A stretch of 64,000 nucleotides of DNA from Octopus sinensis. Lineage: Eukaryota. Position numbers and translations under genes: made by a program. The stretch's first letter is position 1. Each line of letters begins with the position of its first letter. The stretch lies in NCBI RefSeq assembly GCF_006345805.1, contig NC_043003.1, positions 85,188,001 through 85,252,000 on the forward strand, read 5' to 3'. Positions 13,470-26,300 of the stretch are shown one piece after another. The notes beneath the pieces were generated by a model that saw nothing but the letters and a program-made list of their open reading frames with translations, ran no database searches and was not told where the DNA came from.

Positions 13470-14029
13470 TTACGTGACAATACAACAATCGACGAACAAA
13501 ATGCAAACACTTTCACAAACTTCAAGAGACAAAATTAAGTTTCGCCGAATTCAGCATCACCATAATCATCCACCCGAGATACAGTAGTACTGCTAGTAAA
13601 ATAATCGTTGACTTCTCTAAAAGAAAACGTATCTCACAAGGCAAAATTAAAAAAAAAGATTAAGTTTCACAAAGACATCTGAAGAAACCACTCTGATAAA
13701 CACAAGAAGCAATTAATTACAGGGATCTTTTACAACTAGTAGTAACTCTTAGTATCACAAGACTACACAAAGAAATGAAAACGAAAAGCACCACCCCCAT
13801 AAAAATGCAGTAAAATGCGATATAAAGTAGTTGACAGAATGAACAATTCTAACAACAGTAACACCCCACTAGAAATTTACAATAGTATCTTCAAATAACA
13901 TCCTCACGAAAGTTATTTGAAGATGTTATCTAACAAGTATATTTCCAAATCATCTAGAATTTGAAATTTTCTACATGAAATGCCACAAGCATCCACCCTT
14001 TCACCTGCTCTTTTTGATTTATACCTGCA

Positions 14030-16560
14030 CGACCTTTCGCTAAAATTCGCTCGTTGACGAACCAGGACAGACATGTATTACTCGATCCCCATCAGATGTG
14101 TGCGGTTTTCCATCTGTATTTTGCTCAGCTGTTCGGGCAAAGTTTGTCGATTCCAGATATGGCTCCACATAAAGTGCTTACAGCTAGGCTTGCCAAAATT
14201 ACGCTGTCGTCCAGGTCTAGTGTTGAATTGCGGGGATTTTGTTGAGCAGTTGTTGTGCATAGGATAGATTCAGTTATCGCCAGAGTCCCTCGTGAGATTT
14301 GCCTCATTTTTGACTGGGAAAAGTAGGCAGCTTTCCTTCATCCTGCAAGTGTGTATCGGTCATTACTAAAAAGACTGAAGTTAGATACCGGCATCGGTCA
14401 AGTTCTCAACTACTTCAAGTTTCAATTAGCAAGGAAGGTGAGAGGGAAGGGCGAGGCTGCTCTCTAATTTGGTGAAAGGTGATTGAGAGTGGCAAACATG
14501 ACCGGAGTGAATACGTCTACCTTCAGTATGCGCCCGTTGGCCGGAGAAGACAGTTGGGTGCGGACTGTTACCTTTCGTAGTCAAGATAATCCTGGATGTT
14601 TGAGTATTCTTTAATTGGCTTCAGACAGTAGTGTCCCAACCCATAGAGAACATTTCTTTGTTGAAATTATATTGTTAGCTAGTGTTACTTTCGTACACGT
14701 TGCTTAATCTAGGTTGTTTTGTATCTCAACTTTGTTTTGTTCCTAACATTTTGGGACCTTTTACTCATCCCTTAGAGCATTGGTCAAATTGTCTTGGGGT
14801 GTTTGTTTTGGCTCTTTATGTTCCGAGTTCAAATTTGGCCAAAGTTAATTTTGCCTTTCATCTCTCTGGGTTTGATGGTATCCACTAATTCGTCCCTTCA
14901 AAACTACAGGCCTTGTGTCTAAATTAGAAACCATCAAGGACCATGTATTGGTAGAATAATTAGTGTGTCTTGAAAATATCGTGGTAATTTTTCTAGCTTT
15001 TTTATATACCGAGTTTAAATCCAGCCGTGGGCAATGCTGCCTCTCATCTTTTCGGGTTCGATAAAACAAAGTACCAATCACATACAAGGGTTGATAGTAT
15101 CGACTACACCCCTCCTCTCAAAATTGCATTTGATTTAGAAACCATTTTGGCCCTTTACATTCTAAGTTCAAATGCCGGTGAAATTTTGCTTTCATCCCTC
15201 AACCGTCATAGTGTCAGACATTAGGCACATCAAGATGATCGGCACTACTCTAAGGAACTGCGGGGAGGTGACAGGATAAAAAAAAGTTTCAACCAAGAAA
15301 AATCAGTGGGCCTGCAACTCGGCTCAGGCAGAGGTAGGTCAATACTATCCCACAGTGTCGTGGGGCGCTGAACGGACAGACGGACCAGTTAAATTGGTCG
15401 GAGTCTGATTTGGTTTTGCTCTCCAAACTGCGAACTGAGACGAGGTGACAAGCAAGGTGGCTAATTTCTTCCAGAAATGGTCCGAAAGAAAGCTATCCCT
15501 GAAAGGTCAAGCAGAGGTAGTCAATTTTTACATTGACCCCGTCTTTTCTCCAACTGACTGTTGATCCTGACCCTAATTGACATCTAACTGACTGAAGCGC
15601 CTGTCTTTCGCTTTCTGTGGAAGGGATGCGTTACTCTAGCCAGGCGCCCCATTTTTTTTTTTTTTTGTTTTATTAACACCCGCTGAAGGGAGGACTTGGC
15701 AAACCGTGGCTAATTATGCGCAGATATGCACTAAGGCTGCAATACCTTCAATAATTCCTTGACGGCGAAACGGGTTTTGCTACAGTTTGTCTCTTCGATA
15801 TAGCTACAACCCTAAGTAAAGCAAATACTAGATCAGGGCGCTTGACATCTGGGATGTTAAGCGTTCACAGCCCTCTGCTAGTTGGACAATGCGGTCGGTG
15901 GAAGTTCCACCTTAGCGATCTATAATGGCAGATAGTAAGCGACGGTTTTATTGTGGAAGCGCTGGGCATCTACGAAAATCAAATGGCTGGACTATTCAGG
16001 AGGACTTTCAAGCCTGCACCCATGGGTAATTTCCAGAAATCTCTGGTCTAGCAGTACTACTGAGGAGTATTGGTGGAAGTGTTGTTAGTCGAGTTTATCC
16101 GAGATGAGCCCAGGGTGACGAAATTGTTCTGCGCGCACTCGTCCAGTGCCCGAGTTATGTCAAACACATGTTTCCACATGTAGGACGAATCTAGTTAATC
16201 AGCCGAGTCAGTAATGGAGATCGTTCCGCTACTTTCTTTTGGCCAGAAGATACAGGCACAGGTTGTGCAGTAGACCAGACTGAAAAGGTTGAAAACAGAC
16301 ACCTTCCTCTTTGGCCAAGCCCCCTTCAACTATTTCAAGTTTCACTAGAAAAAAAGTTAAGTGATAAATTAGAGAGAAGTGCTGCCTTTCAGACAGACAG
16401 ATGACAGGGCGAGCAGGGTCCAAGTGGACGAGCCCACTCGGAGCATGCACCTGTAGATTAAAGAAAGATAAGACAAAAGGCACTTATCTTTGTAGCCAGG
16501 GTGACCGTGGATTTGTGGAGTGTCCACGAATAGTGCTCGGACGTCTCCTTCTTTTGGAGA
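14030..16560 (-). mobile_element. Highly decayed APE-type LINE (CR1/L2-like), interrupted by SINE fragments
   Basis: Fragments resembling the endonuclease (VICLSE near 16390) and the RT C-terminus (...WSHIW...LSKIQ near 14150). Many stops and frameshifts; boundaries are approximate. Confidence 0.45.
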
Positions 16561-16693
16561 ATTACACATTCTTTGCAATTTATTATTTCTTTCTTCCAGC
16601 TCTTTTACATGTTCTTTTATGTCATCCAACATTGTATCGTCCAGTATTGTTCTCAAATGTTTGTGAACCATAAAGAAAACATTATTATTATTA

Positions 16694-16742
<49 letters not shown>

Positions 16743-17140
16743 GGCGGCGAGCTGGCAGAATCGTTAGCACGCCGGGCAAAATGCTTAGCGGCATTTCGTC
16801 TGCCGTTACGTTCTGAGTTCAAATTCCGCCGAGGTCATCTTTGCCTTTAATCCTTTCGTAGTCGATTAAATAAGTACCAGTTACGCACTGGGGTCGATGT
16901 AATCGACTTAATCCGTCTGTCTGTCCTTCTTTGTCTCCTCTGTGTTTAGCCCCTTGTGGATAGTAAAGAAATAGGTATTTCGCCCGTCGCTATGTTCTGA
17001 GTTCAAATTCCACCGAGGTCGACTTTCCTTTTCATCCTTTCGGGGTCGATAAATTAAGTACCAGTTGAACATTGGGGTCGATGTAATCTTATCATCCCCT
17101 CCCTCAAAATGGCTGCCCTTGTGGCAAAATTTGAAGCCAT
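16743..17140 (+). mobile_element. Composite (dimeric) SINE family A
   Basis: A full monomer followed by a second, A-box-less monomer with a different tail. Lies between (TTA)n tracts. Same layout at 36022-36390. Confidence 0.85.
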
Positions 17141-17451
17141 TATTATTATTATCATCATCATCATCATCATCATTATTATTACTACTAACCCTATCGCCCT
17201 ACCGAAGACTTAGTCATTGGCTCAACTGTAACTTAAACTTGATACCATCAGCGTATATTAATCCCCTGTTTAACATCATTAAAAAAAACTCTACTAAAAA
17301 TATATATATATTTCTTGTTTTGTTTTTTGTTTTCTGATTTTTTTTTTTTTTCTCTCGTAACAATACTCGAGTGAGAGGTTTAAACTATCTGAAGCAATCA
17401 CTAAAGGAATAAAATATGAAATAAAGAAAGGTTTTCTTTTATATTTCTTAC

Positions 17452-18093
17452 CTGTCCACCGTTTTCCTGGCTTCGTCTCTGACGTGGAATCATTACAATT
17501 ATCTCTTCAGAAGTCACATTTTCCAGTTGGTTGTCTAAGAAACGGAACTGACTAATTACAGCTGATTCATGTCCTGCGGCTATGTAATAAACGTAAAGTT
17601 TTTTATTACTTTTAAACTGCGGGTGGGTTGTCACGGACATCAAACCACGCTCGTCAACCGGTCGCTCTTTATTGTAAGCGACTCTATTAGACAAATCCAA
17701 AATTTTCTTCTTCCTTGGTAACTGACGCTGTAATTCTTCGGATTGATTGGCTGCGCCTGTATTTCCGTATATGTAGTGGTAGATCCGTCCATCCTGCTCT
17801 GCTACTAGGAACGATTCTCTATCGATTGAAACAAATGCTATAGGTTTCCTTAGTTCACCTGCGTGGATTTCCTTTAAGCAGAGGCACCGATCGTGCTGTA
17901 GTTCTTTTAATGAAACACCACATACCGCGATCGATTTAGCGAACAAGCTGCTGGATATAATTGTAATAGCAGTGTTAATAATGTTAATAATTGCAACAAT
18001 AGCAGAAGAGGTAGTAGTAGCAGCAGCAGTAGTAGTAATAGTAGTAGTAGTAGTAATAGTTGGACTAAAACCACTGACCGATTCAGAAAGCAT
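17452..18093 (-). CDS. HHIPL: HHIP-like protein, first coding exon (Thr-rich/hydrophobic N-terminus plus start of beta-propeller)
   Basis: Translation contains CLCLKEI...FLVAEQDGRIY...DERGLMSVTTHPQFKSNKKLYVYY...ENGGQ, matching HHIP/HHIPL motifs (ERGLL..AFHP, NHNGGQ). Phase-0 donor CAG|GTAAGA at 17452/17451. Possible upstream acceptor (ctcacag) at 18137, so the ATG start is an inference. Confidence 0.88.
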
Positions 18094-18840
18094 GGTATTT
18101 GTTGATGGAATTACACAAAATGAGTCAATTTGCTATCTGTGAGATTTGGGGGTAGAGGAAACTTGAAACATACCCTAAATGTGAACCCCTATGATGATAA
18201 GCGATCAATATGTCAATTATTGATGTGTGTTCTGTGTTCAATAAAATAGCGCTGAACGGCTTTCTATATTTACTCCGTTACCATGACAACAGAATTAGAA
18301 GGAATGGTTTGGGGGGAGGGGCATGGCTGGATGAACAGCACTGGATGGACTCAGTTGAAAAAGGAAAAGATGATAGTTTCAAGCAGACAGTTACTGATGA
18401 TGTTGGCAAGCCTGTAACCAGTCCTTAGGCAAACAGATGTTGTTGTCGTCGTCGTCATCGTCATTGTTGTTACTGATTCGCCTTTGGCAAAGTCTTGGTA
18501 ATTCAGACGTTGTTGTTTAACCCCTGGTCAACCGCAGTTCAAACAGACACAAAGAAGTTCCAGCCTTGACCATCACAACTTTTAATCACATGTAGTGTAT
18601 CGAGAATAACATTATCCTGCATTTCCTTCCTTCTTTCATTTTCTTTTTAAAAAAACAGCCAAGGTAGTTTGAAACAGATTTGGCTGCTATTTCTAACAGC
18701 CTGAGACTACCACGCAGAAATACACCTGTTATGTAGCAATTCGTGCGTCATATGCAACGGGAGGTTTCCTCAGATCGTGACCGGCATAACATCATATGGA
18801 AAACTTGCAACTTTGTTTACAGAAATTGTAAACATAAATA

Positions 18841-18983
18841 AGCCGTCTTTCTGCATAGGCACACAGGCCAGTTGCCCGGATGCCTCACGAATCTAGGGGC
18901 CCAATTCTAATTTACGTAAGCTAACTTGTGGCTAATATAAAAAAAAAACTATAGGGCCCAGTACATTGTATTGCCCACGGGTC
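18841..18983. mobile_element. Possible decayed hAT-like MITE
   Basis: Imperfect terminal inverted match GCCGTCTTT / AAAGACACC and internal GGGCCC motifs. Confidence 0.3.
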
Positions 18984-19009
18984 TATAATGCTATAAAGAC
19001 ACCCGTACG

Positions 19010-19138
19010 TATACCCATGCATGCATACATACATACATACACACACACATATATGTATGTGTGTGTATATATATATATATATATATCCTTAAATCCTTAA
19101 AAATGTTTTAGCCCGAAGGCCGCGGCCATGGTGGGGCA

Positions 19139-19196
<58 letters not shown>

Positions 19197-19432
19197 GAAA
19201 TCGGGATGATAAAGGAAGAAACAGTTACGTCATGAACTCCATTAGCTTACAGATGTTTCTGCTATAGGGCGCAATGCGCTCATATTTGAGTACTTGAGTA
19301 TATGTGTATGTGAGTGTATGTATGTGTATATATCTATACCAATATTATATTATATTATATTATATTATATTATATTATACTACATATATATATTATATTA
19401 TAGACAGACAGGTAGGTAGGTAGGTAGGTAGG

Positions 19433-19519
<87 letters not shown>

Positions 19520-20154
19520 TTATATTATATTATATATATTGTGTGTGTATGTAGTAAAGCTCATATGTCGTCTTTTGTTATGTTCTCCATGGGCCATATG
19601 TTTGGTTGAAGCTATCAATCAACGAAGTCGATTGAATTCAACGTATACGAAATGCCAACAGACCGGTAATTCGGTAAATCACCAGCTTCCCACTGTGAAT
19701 GTTTTCTTCACTTGGACACCGAACGCAGTCGGTGAAGTAATGTGGATGATGACTGATGAAATGTAGAAATAAATGAAGAAATAAATATACGTCAGGTGAG
19801 AAATGGAGAGGGAGAGATACAGAGATACATAGCGAGAGAGATAGAGTGGAAATAAGAGAAAGAGAGAGAGAGAGAGAAATAAATAAAGAAAGAAAGAAAG
19901 AAAGAAAGAAAGAAGGAAAGAAAGAGAGAGAGAGAGAGAGAGAGAAGTGATAGAGAATGTAAGAAACAGATTTACAAATAGATAGATAGATAGATAGATA
20001 GATAGAAAGAAGGAAGGAAGGAAGGAAGGAAGGAAGGAAAGAAGGGTGAGAGAGAAAGTGAGAGAGAGTGAGAGAGAGAGAGAGAGAGAGACGGAAGCAG
20101 AAAGGAATTAAATGCAGGTGGGCGTTTGAATGTTATTATTAAAGTTGATCATTA

Positions 20155-20188
<34 letters not shown>

Positions 20189-20411
20189 TTGTAGTTGTGT
20201 TAGTAGTGGTAGAGTTTGTAGTGGTGTTAGTAGTGGTAGTATGGTTTGTGATAATGCTGGTAATGTTGTGGTAAGCGATGCTTTGGCGCCTGTGTGGTAT
20301 GGTGGTGCTGATTAGAATGATTATGGTAGTGGTGGTGGTGGTTGTGGTGATGATGGTACTGACGCTGGTTCTTATTAGTTGTTGTTGTTGTTGTTGTTGT
20401 TGTTGTGTGAG

Positions 20412-20483
<72 letters not shown>

Positions 20484-20521
20484 GGTGGTGGTGGTGGTAG
20501 TAGTAGTAGTAGGAGTAGTAA

Positions 20522-20552
<31 letters not shown>

Positions 20553-20820
20553 GGTGGTGTCGATGATACTGATGCTGATTGTTAAAGTTGTTGTTGTTGT
20601 GGTAGTGGTGGTGGTGGTGGTGGTGGTGGTGGTGGTGGAGCGGCGGCAGTGATTGTGGTGGTCGTGGTGTATTAAACTATTAGTAGTGCTTCTTGTAGTT
20701 CAGACGATGGATGGAGACGTTGAGGAAGCGAAGTGTCAGAAAAATAATGTCAGTTATCCATCATTATACAACAGGAATATTGTTGTTCATTTCACGTGGT
20801 ATAATTGGAACATCACTTTA

Positions 20821-20856
<36 letters not shown>

Positions 20857-20997
20857 TTTTTGTTGTTGTCGTTGTTGTTGTGGAGGAGGAGGAGGACGGC
20901 AACGACGAAGATGATGATGTCGACGACGACAATGATGATGATGATGATGATGTCTATGACGATAATGATGGTGATGATGATGATAATGATGATGATA

Positions 20998-21030
<33 letters not shown>

Positions 21031-21088
21031 GTGACGACGACGACGAAGATGGCGACGGCAACGACAACATGGTAATGATGATGATAAC

Positions 21089-21155
<67 letters not shown>

Positions 21156-21180
21156 TGGTGGTGGTGGTGATGATGATACA
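19010..21180. repeat. Compound microsatellite block
   Basis: Runs of (TA), (TATAT), (TAGA), (GA), (GAAA), (GGAA), (GTA), (GTG), (GTT), (GCT) and (GAT). Confidence 0.95.
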
Positions 21181-21464
21181 AACTAGGTCGCTGGTTGTTG
21201 TTAATGTTGTTTTGTAGAGAAAGGAAGTACTGGCTGTTATTATAATAGAGCCATAACTAAGGCGGCGGGTTGGCAGAATCGTTAGCACGCTGGACAAAAT
21301 GCTTGGCGGTATTTCACCCGTCGCTACGTTCTGAGTTCAAATTCCTTCGAGGTCGACTTTGCCTTTCATCCTTTCGGAGTCGCTAAATTAAGTACTAGTG
21401 AAACACCAGGGTCGATGTAATCGACTAGTGCCCTCCCTCAAAATTTCAGGCCTTGTGTTTTTGT

Positions 21465-21831
21465 TATATTTGCCATTTGAATATGGCTAACCCCTAAGGG
21501 TGGATGCTACTGTAGTTTGTAGCCCCAGGAGGACACCTCCTCCAGCTGGCTATAGACACACTTTCTGTGCCTTATCAGTATTTGTGAAGGGAAGCCGGAA
21601 CCGACTTCTCATCAACAACTATGATTGTCACACGCCGATGACGGGTCAATACCCTGAAACTCGAGTCCGTGTGTATCATAAGTTGAAGACGAGAAGGATG
21701 GCTTCCCTTCGTAAATACTGATAGGGCACAGAAAGTGTGTCTATAGCCAGCTGGAGGAGGTGTCCTCCTGGGGCTACAAACTACAGTAGCATCTACCGTT
21801 AGGGGTTAGCCATATTCAAATGGCAAATATA
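21465..21831 (+). repeat. Long foldback element (~132-bp near-perfect inverted arms) with an apical hammerhead
   Basis: 21465-21596 is the reverse complement of 21700-21831, with 5 mismatches counted by eye. Confidence 0.95.
21629..21673 (+). ncRNA. Type I hammerhead ribozyme (U4C core variant)
   Basis: Stem I CACACG/CGTGTG; core CCGATGA; stem II GGGT-caat-ACCC; GAAAC; stem III AC-TCGA-GT; triplet GTC, with predicted cleavage after 21667. Confidence 0.85.
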
Positions 21832-22319
21832 CGTCACGATATTATTATAGAGTCATATTTCTCGGGATTTTCTCTCTGTCCGAGTCTCACTCCGATTTTT
21901 AAAAGGTGAAAAAGGTGTACAAGCAAGGTTGTGAACTTAAGAAGCTCGATTTGGAACCACGTGGTTTTGAGTTCAGTCTCAGTGTGCGGCACTATGGGCA
22001 ACCGTTTTCTATTATTGCTTCGAGTGACCGATACTTTGTGAGGGAAATTGTTAGACGGAAACTTTATGGTAGCCTGTAGTGTGTGTGTGTGTGTGTGTGT
22101 GTGTTTTGTGTCTGTGTCAGTTCCCCCTCCTCTTGACAACTGTTATTGGTTTGCTTACATCCCTGTAATTTAGCGGTTCGACAAAGGAGACCAATAGAAT
22201 AAGAACAAGGCTTAAAAAAGACAATAAATACTAAGGTCAATTCGTTTGATTAAAACTCTTCAAGACCGTGCCCCGACATGGCCGCAGTCCAGTGACTGAA
22301 ACAAGCAAAGGACAAAAGA

Positions 22320-22463
22320 AGTGGCTGTGTGGTAAGAAGCTTGCTTCCCAGCCACGTGGTACCGTGTTCAGTCCCACTGCGTGGCACCTTGGGCAAGTGT
22401 CTTCTACTGTAGCCCCGGGCCTTGTGAGTAGATTTGATAGACGGAAACCGAAAGAAGCCCTTC

Positions 22464-22525
<62 letters not shown>

Positions 22526-22725
22526 GTGTCTTTGTGTCTGTGTTTATCCCACCACCATCGCTTAACAACCGATGTTGGTGTGTTTACGTCCGTGTAACCT
22601 AGCGGCTCGGCAGAAGAGACCAATAGAATAAGTACCAGGCTTACCAGGGATCGATTCCTTCGACTAAAAGGCTGTGCTTCAGCAGGCCCCAGTCAAATGA
22701 CTGAAACAAATAAAAGAATAAAATA
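22320..22725 (+). mobile_element. tRNA-derived SINE, family B (CORE-like)
   Basis: TGGCTGTGTGG A box, GTTCAGTCC B box, GTGGCACCTTGGGCAAGTG CORE-like segment, internal microsatellite, ACTGAAACAA tail. Older copy just upstream at 21925-22315. Confidence 0.85.
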
Positions 22726-22738
22726 ATATATATATATA

Positions 22739-23286
22739 CAGGGTGGGGCAGAGAGAACGAACGTTTTTGAAATGGCAATTACTCAGACCCATGGATAGGG
22801 ACATATGTCCGACAGGTACCATTCGGTCCGTGGTGTCTTAGCATTTTTGTTTTTCTTTTCAGGTGAACCCATGGCGCTGAGGACGATAGAGCATTGTGTG
22901 TTTGACTACGACAATTACGTGAAGAATAACGAGACTGCCACAGCAGTTCAGCGTGAGTTTCGGCGCCACTTCAACATTCACCAAAATCAGGCTGTTCCCA
23001 CCCATAACACAATCTTACGTTGGGTGCATGCACCTCGTACACGAGGTACGCTTATGAATAGGAGACCAGTGGGGCCGCCACGAAAGGTACGGACACCGGA
23101 AAATGTGAAACGCGCCAGACAAGCTTTCAGAAATGCATCAATGAAAACGGACACCACATGATGGATGTTGATTTTGACAAATGCTAATTCAATACATACA
23201 CATTGATGTCAATAAAATATGTTTGTAGCTAAAATTAATGATCTTGTTAAGTTTTCAAAAACGTCCGTTCTCTCTGCCCCACCCTA
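22739..23286 (+). mobile_element. Internally deleted Tc1/mariner-superfamily element with an HTH (DUF4817-like) fragment
   Basis: ~34-bp TIRs CAGGGTGGGGCAGAGAGAACG.ACGTTTTTGAAA, flanked by TA. ORF fragment TAVQREFRRHF...TILRWV...VRTPENV. Confidence 0.88.
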
Positions 23287-23290
23287 TATA

Positions 23291-24567
23291 CGAGGGACGT
23301 TCAATAAGTAATGCCCCTGACCCACTTGCAGTTGTTTGATCTAGCTGAAATTGTGCATGTGCAATTATTTATATCTCTATAGATTAAGTGACAAATTACA
23401 GCTCTGAACTAATTGTAGTTTCTGATTTACAGGTGTTTGAACTGAGTCAAGTGTGAAATGGAACCTGTTGAGTGTCGAGCAGTAATCCGGTTTTTGTATT
23501 TGAAAGGACATACACCATGGGAGACTTTTGATGAAATGAAAGTAACTTATGGTGATGATGCCCCATCATATGACCTTGTAAAACGCTGGCATCGTGAATT
23601 CAAACATGGTCAGAACTCTGTGGAAACATCTCCCAGATCTGGTCGCCCCACTTCTGCCATTGATGAGGCATCTTTCCGTCAAGCTTGAGGCTGCCATTTT
23701 GGAAGATCGACGCATAACTATTCGCCAAATAGCCCATGAGGTCAAGATTAGTACCGGGTCTATGGAAACTATCATTCATGACCATTTGCATATGCAAAAG
23801 GTGTCTGCCAGATGGATTCCCAGGTTGCTCACACCTTTCCAGAAGCAAGAACGCGTTGAGTGCTCGAGGATGAATTTGGAGATGTGCCAAGAAGATGAGT
23901 CAAAATTTTTCAAAAAACTGATTACCCAGGATGAAACCTGGCTCCATCACGATGATCCACAGACCAAAGCCCAGTCAATGCAGTGGAAGCACCATGACTC
24001 ACCTCCTCCAAAGAAGGCAAGGGTGCAGCCCTCCGCTGGCAAGGTCATGCTCACAGTCTTCTGGGACCAGGACGGAGTAGTGATGACAGATTTCCTGGAA
24101 AAGGGTACCACAATTACAGGAATCTGTTATGCTTCACTTTTGAGGAAATTAAGAGAAGCTATCAAAATCAAGAGGCGGGGCAAGATCAGCAAAAGCATCC
24201 TCCTCCTGCAGGACAACGCTCTGGTCCACAACTTGCGTGTCGCCAGATCAGAAGTACAGGCGTGCGGCTCTGAACTCCTCTCCTGACCTTGCACCCTCTG
24301 ATTTTCACCTCTTCCCAGCCATGAAGTTGTTTTTGAAAGGAAAACGTTTCCCAGATGATGCAGCCTTGAATTCTGAAGTCACGTCGTGGTTGGAGGACCA
24401 AGCTGGGGTCTTCTACAAAAACGGTATCCAGAGCTGCATCAAACGATGGAAGAAATGCGTAACTCTGGGTGGTTCCTATGTAGAAAAAGACTAATAACTG
24501 TGCCAAGTTTCGTTGCTCTACTGATATGGGAAGTGGGTCAAGGGCATTACTTATTGAACGCCCCTCG
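23291..24567 (+). mobile_element. Near full-length mariner (DD34D) element
   Basis: ~37-bp TIRs CGAGGG.CGTTCAATAAGTAATGCCC.TGACCCACTT within a TA tract; 1.28 kb long. Confidence 0.95.
23458..24494 (+). pseudogene. Frameshifted mariner transposase
   Basis: Motifs WIPRLL, ITQDETW, LLQDNA and SPDLAPSDFHLF are spread over three frames, with shifts near 23680 and 24280. Confidence 0.93.
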
Positions 24568-24576
24568 TTATATATA

Positions 24577-25612
24577 CAGGGTGGAGAAGCAAATTTTACA
24601 ATGAACGTTAAGTTATTTTTTCTCAGCAGACACTAAGTCAATTGTTTTGAAACGTAGCATATATTGATGTCCTAATCATACCTAACACTATTATCCTTAC
24701 TTTTTCAGAAACTTTTGCCCCAAAGAGTAATCAGGAAAGCAAACATCAAAGAATGTGTGATTTGTTGAATGCACTCATCACACCAAAGGAGATTTCAAGA
24801 ATAGTTGGAGTGTCCATAAAGACTGTTTATAATGTAAAGAATAAAATGACTATGAGCAAAACTATTAGGAGGAAGTCTGGAAGTGGAGGAATCAACAAAA
24901 AACATACCAAAGCTTTTATTAAGGTTCTCAAATCCCAAATCCTAAAGGATCAACCCAAATCCATGAGAAAAATGGCAATTGAACTTGAGGTAGACAACAA
25001 GACCATTAGAAATGCAGTAAAATATTATTAGAGGTTAAAATCTTACACAAGAACACCAAAATACTTGTTGACAACAGCTATGAAGGAAAAGAGATTGGAA
25101 AGGTGCAAGAAAATTATTACATGGTTCAAGAAAAAGTCCGCCATTGTAATGATCTTTTCAGATGAAAAGATCTTCAATGTCGATGTTGTTCTGAACAGCA
25201 GAAATGACAGATTTATCGCAAAATCGACAGCTGAGGTTAAGGAGACATTCAAAACAAAACATCCTGCTCAAGTTATGGCTTTAGGTGCTATGGCTTCCGA
25301 TGGAAAGAAAATGCCTATAAAATTCTACAAAGCTGATGAAAAGATCAATGTTAATACTTACTACATAACTCTGGGATACCAGGTATTGCCATGGCTTAAA
25401 GCAAACTACCCAGATGGTAATTATGTATGGACACAGGATGGTGCTCCAGCCCACACAACTAGAAAAATACAAGATTTCTGCAAATCCAACTTTAGCAATT
25501 TTTTGGAATCATGTTTATGGCCGCCTTCTAGCCCTGATTTAAACCCTCTGGATTATGCTATTTGGGGCAGAACATCACACAGCAATGTCGACTCTCTTGA
25601 AGATACTATATA
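24577..25612 (+). mobile_element. 3'-truncated maT-like (DD37D-type) Tc1/mariner element
   Basis: Starts TA-CAGGGTG. Disrupted ORFs 24753-25031 and 25065 onward with FSDEKIF, WTQDGAPAH and WPPSSPDLNPLDY. No right TIR found. Confidence 0.88.
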
Positions 25613-25614
25613 TA

Positions 25615-25995
25615 GGCACAAGCGCGGCTGTGTGGTAAGAAGTTTGCATCACAAGCACATGGTTCCGGGTTCAGTCCCACTGCGTTGCACTATGTGTAAG
25701 TGTCTTCTACTGTAGCCTCAGGCCGACCAAAGCCTTGTGAGGGTATTTGGTGGACGGAAACTGAAAGAAGCCTGTCGTATTTATCTATGTGTGTGTGTCC
25801 TTGTTTGTCCCACCACCACCGCTTGACAACCGGTGTTGGAGTGCTTACGTCCCCGTAACCAGCGGTTCAGTAAAAGAGATCGATAGAATAAGTACTAGGC
25901 TTTAAAAATAAGTCCCGTTGTCGATTTGACTAAAACCCTTGAAGGCGGTCCTCCAACATGGCTGCAATCAAATGACTGAAACAAATAAAAGAATA
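25615..25995 (+). mobile_element. SINE family B
   Basis: Same head, body and tail as other family B copies. Confidence 0.85.
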
Positions 25996-26014
25996 TATGG
26001 GGGTAGGGTAATTA

Positions 26015-26046
<32 letters not shown>

Positions 26047-26300
26047 CTTATGCGTGTGTATTCATAGAGTGAGTCTTTCTATGATTAACCCATCGTTTCC
26101 CCTAAGATGAGAATCCTGTAAAAAAGTGAAGATTCCACGTATCCGTAGGCTCCTAACTTCCTTTGCAAAATTCAACAGTGACCTCTACCAAGAATAACCA
26201 TTTGTGCAAAGATGATATGTAAATCCTAAGAATACACACGACGAATAAATTATGGAACTCTACTTATTTTCTTTATTTTTCTACTTGGTATACTAATATA

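Noticed and set aside
20130-21297. ORFs with poly-V/S/D/M/H tracts
   Set aside because: They are translations of trinucleotide microsatellites open in several frames on both strands, with no domain content.
23594-24286. 230-aa ORF as an active or domesticated (SETMAR-like) transposase
   Set aside because: It is frameshifted at both ends, the third catalytic motif is in another frame, TIRs are present and there is no SET exon.
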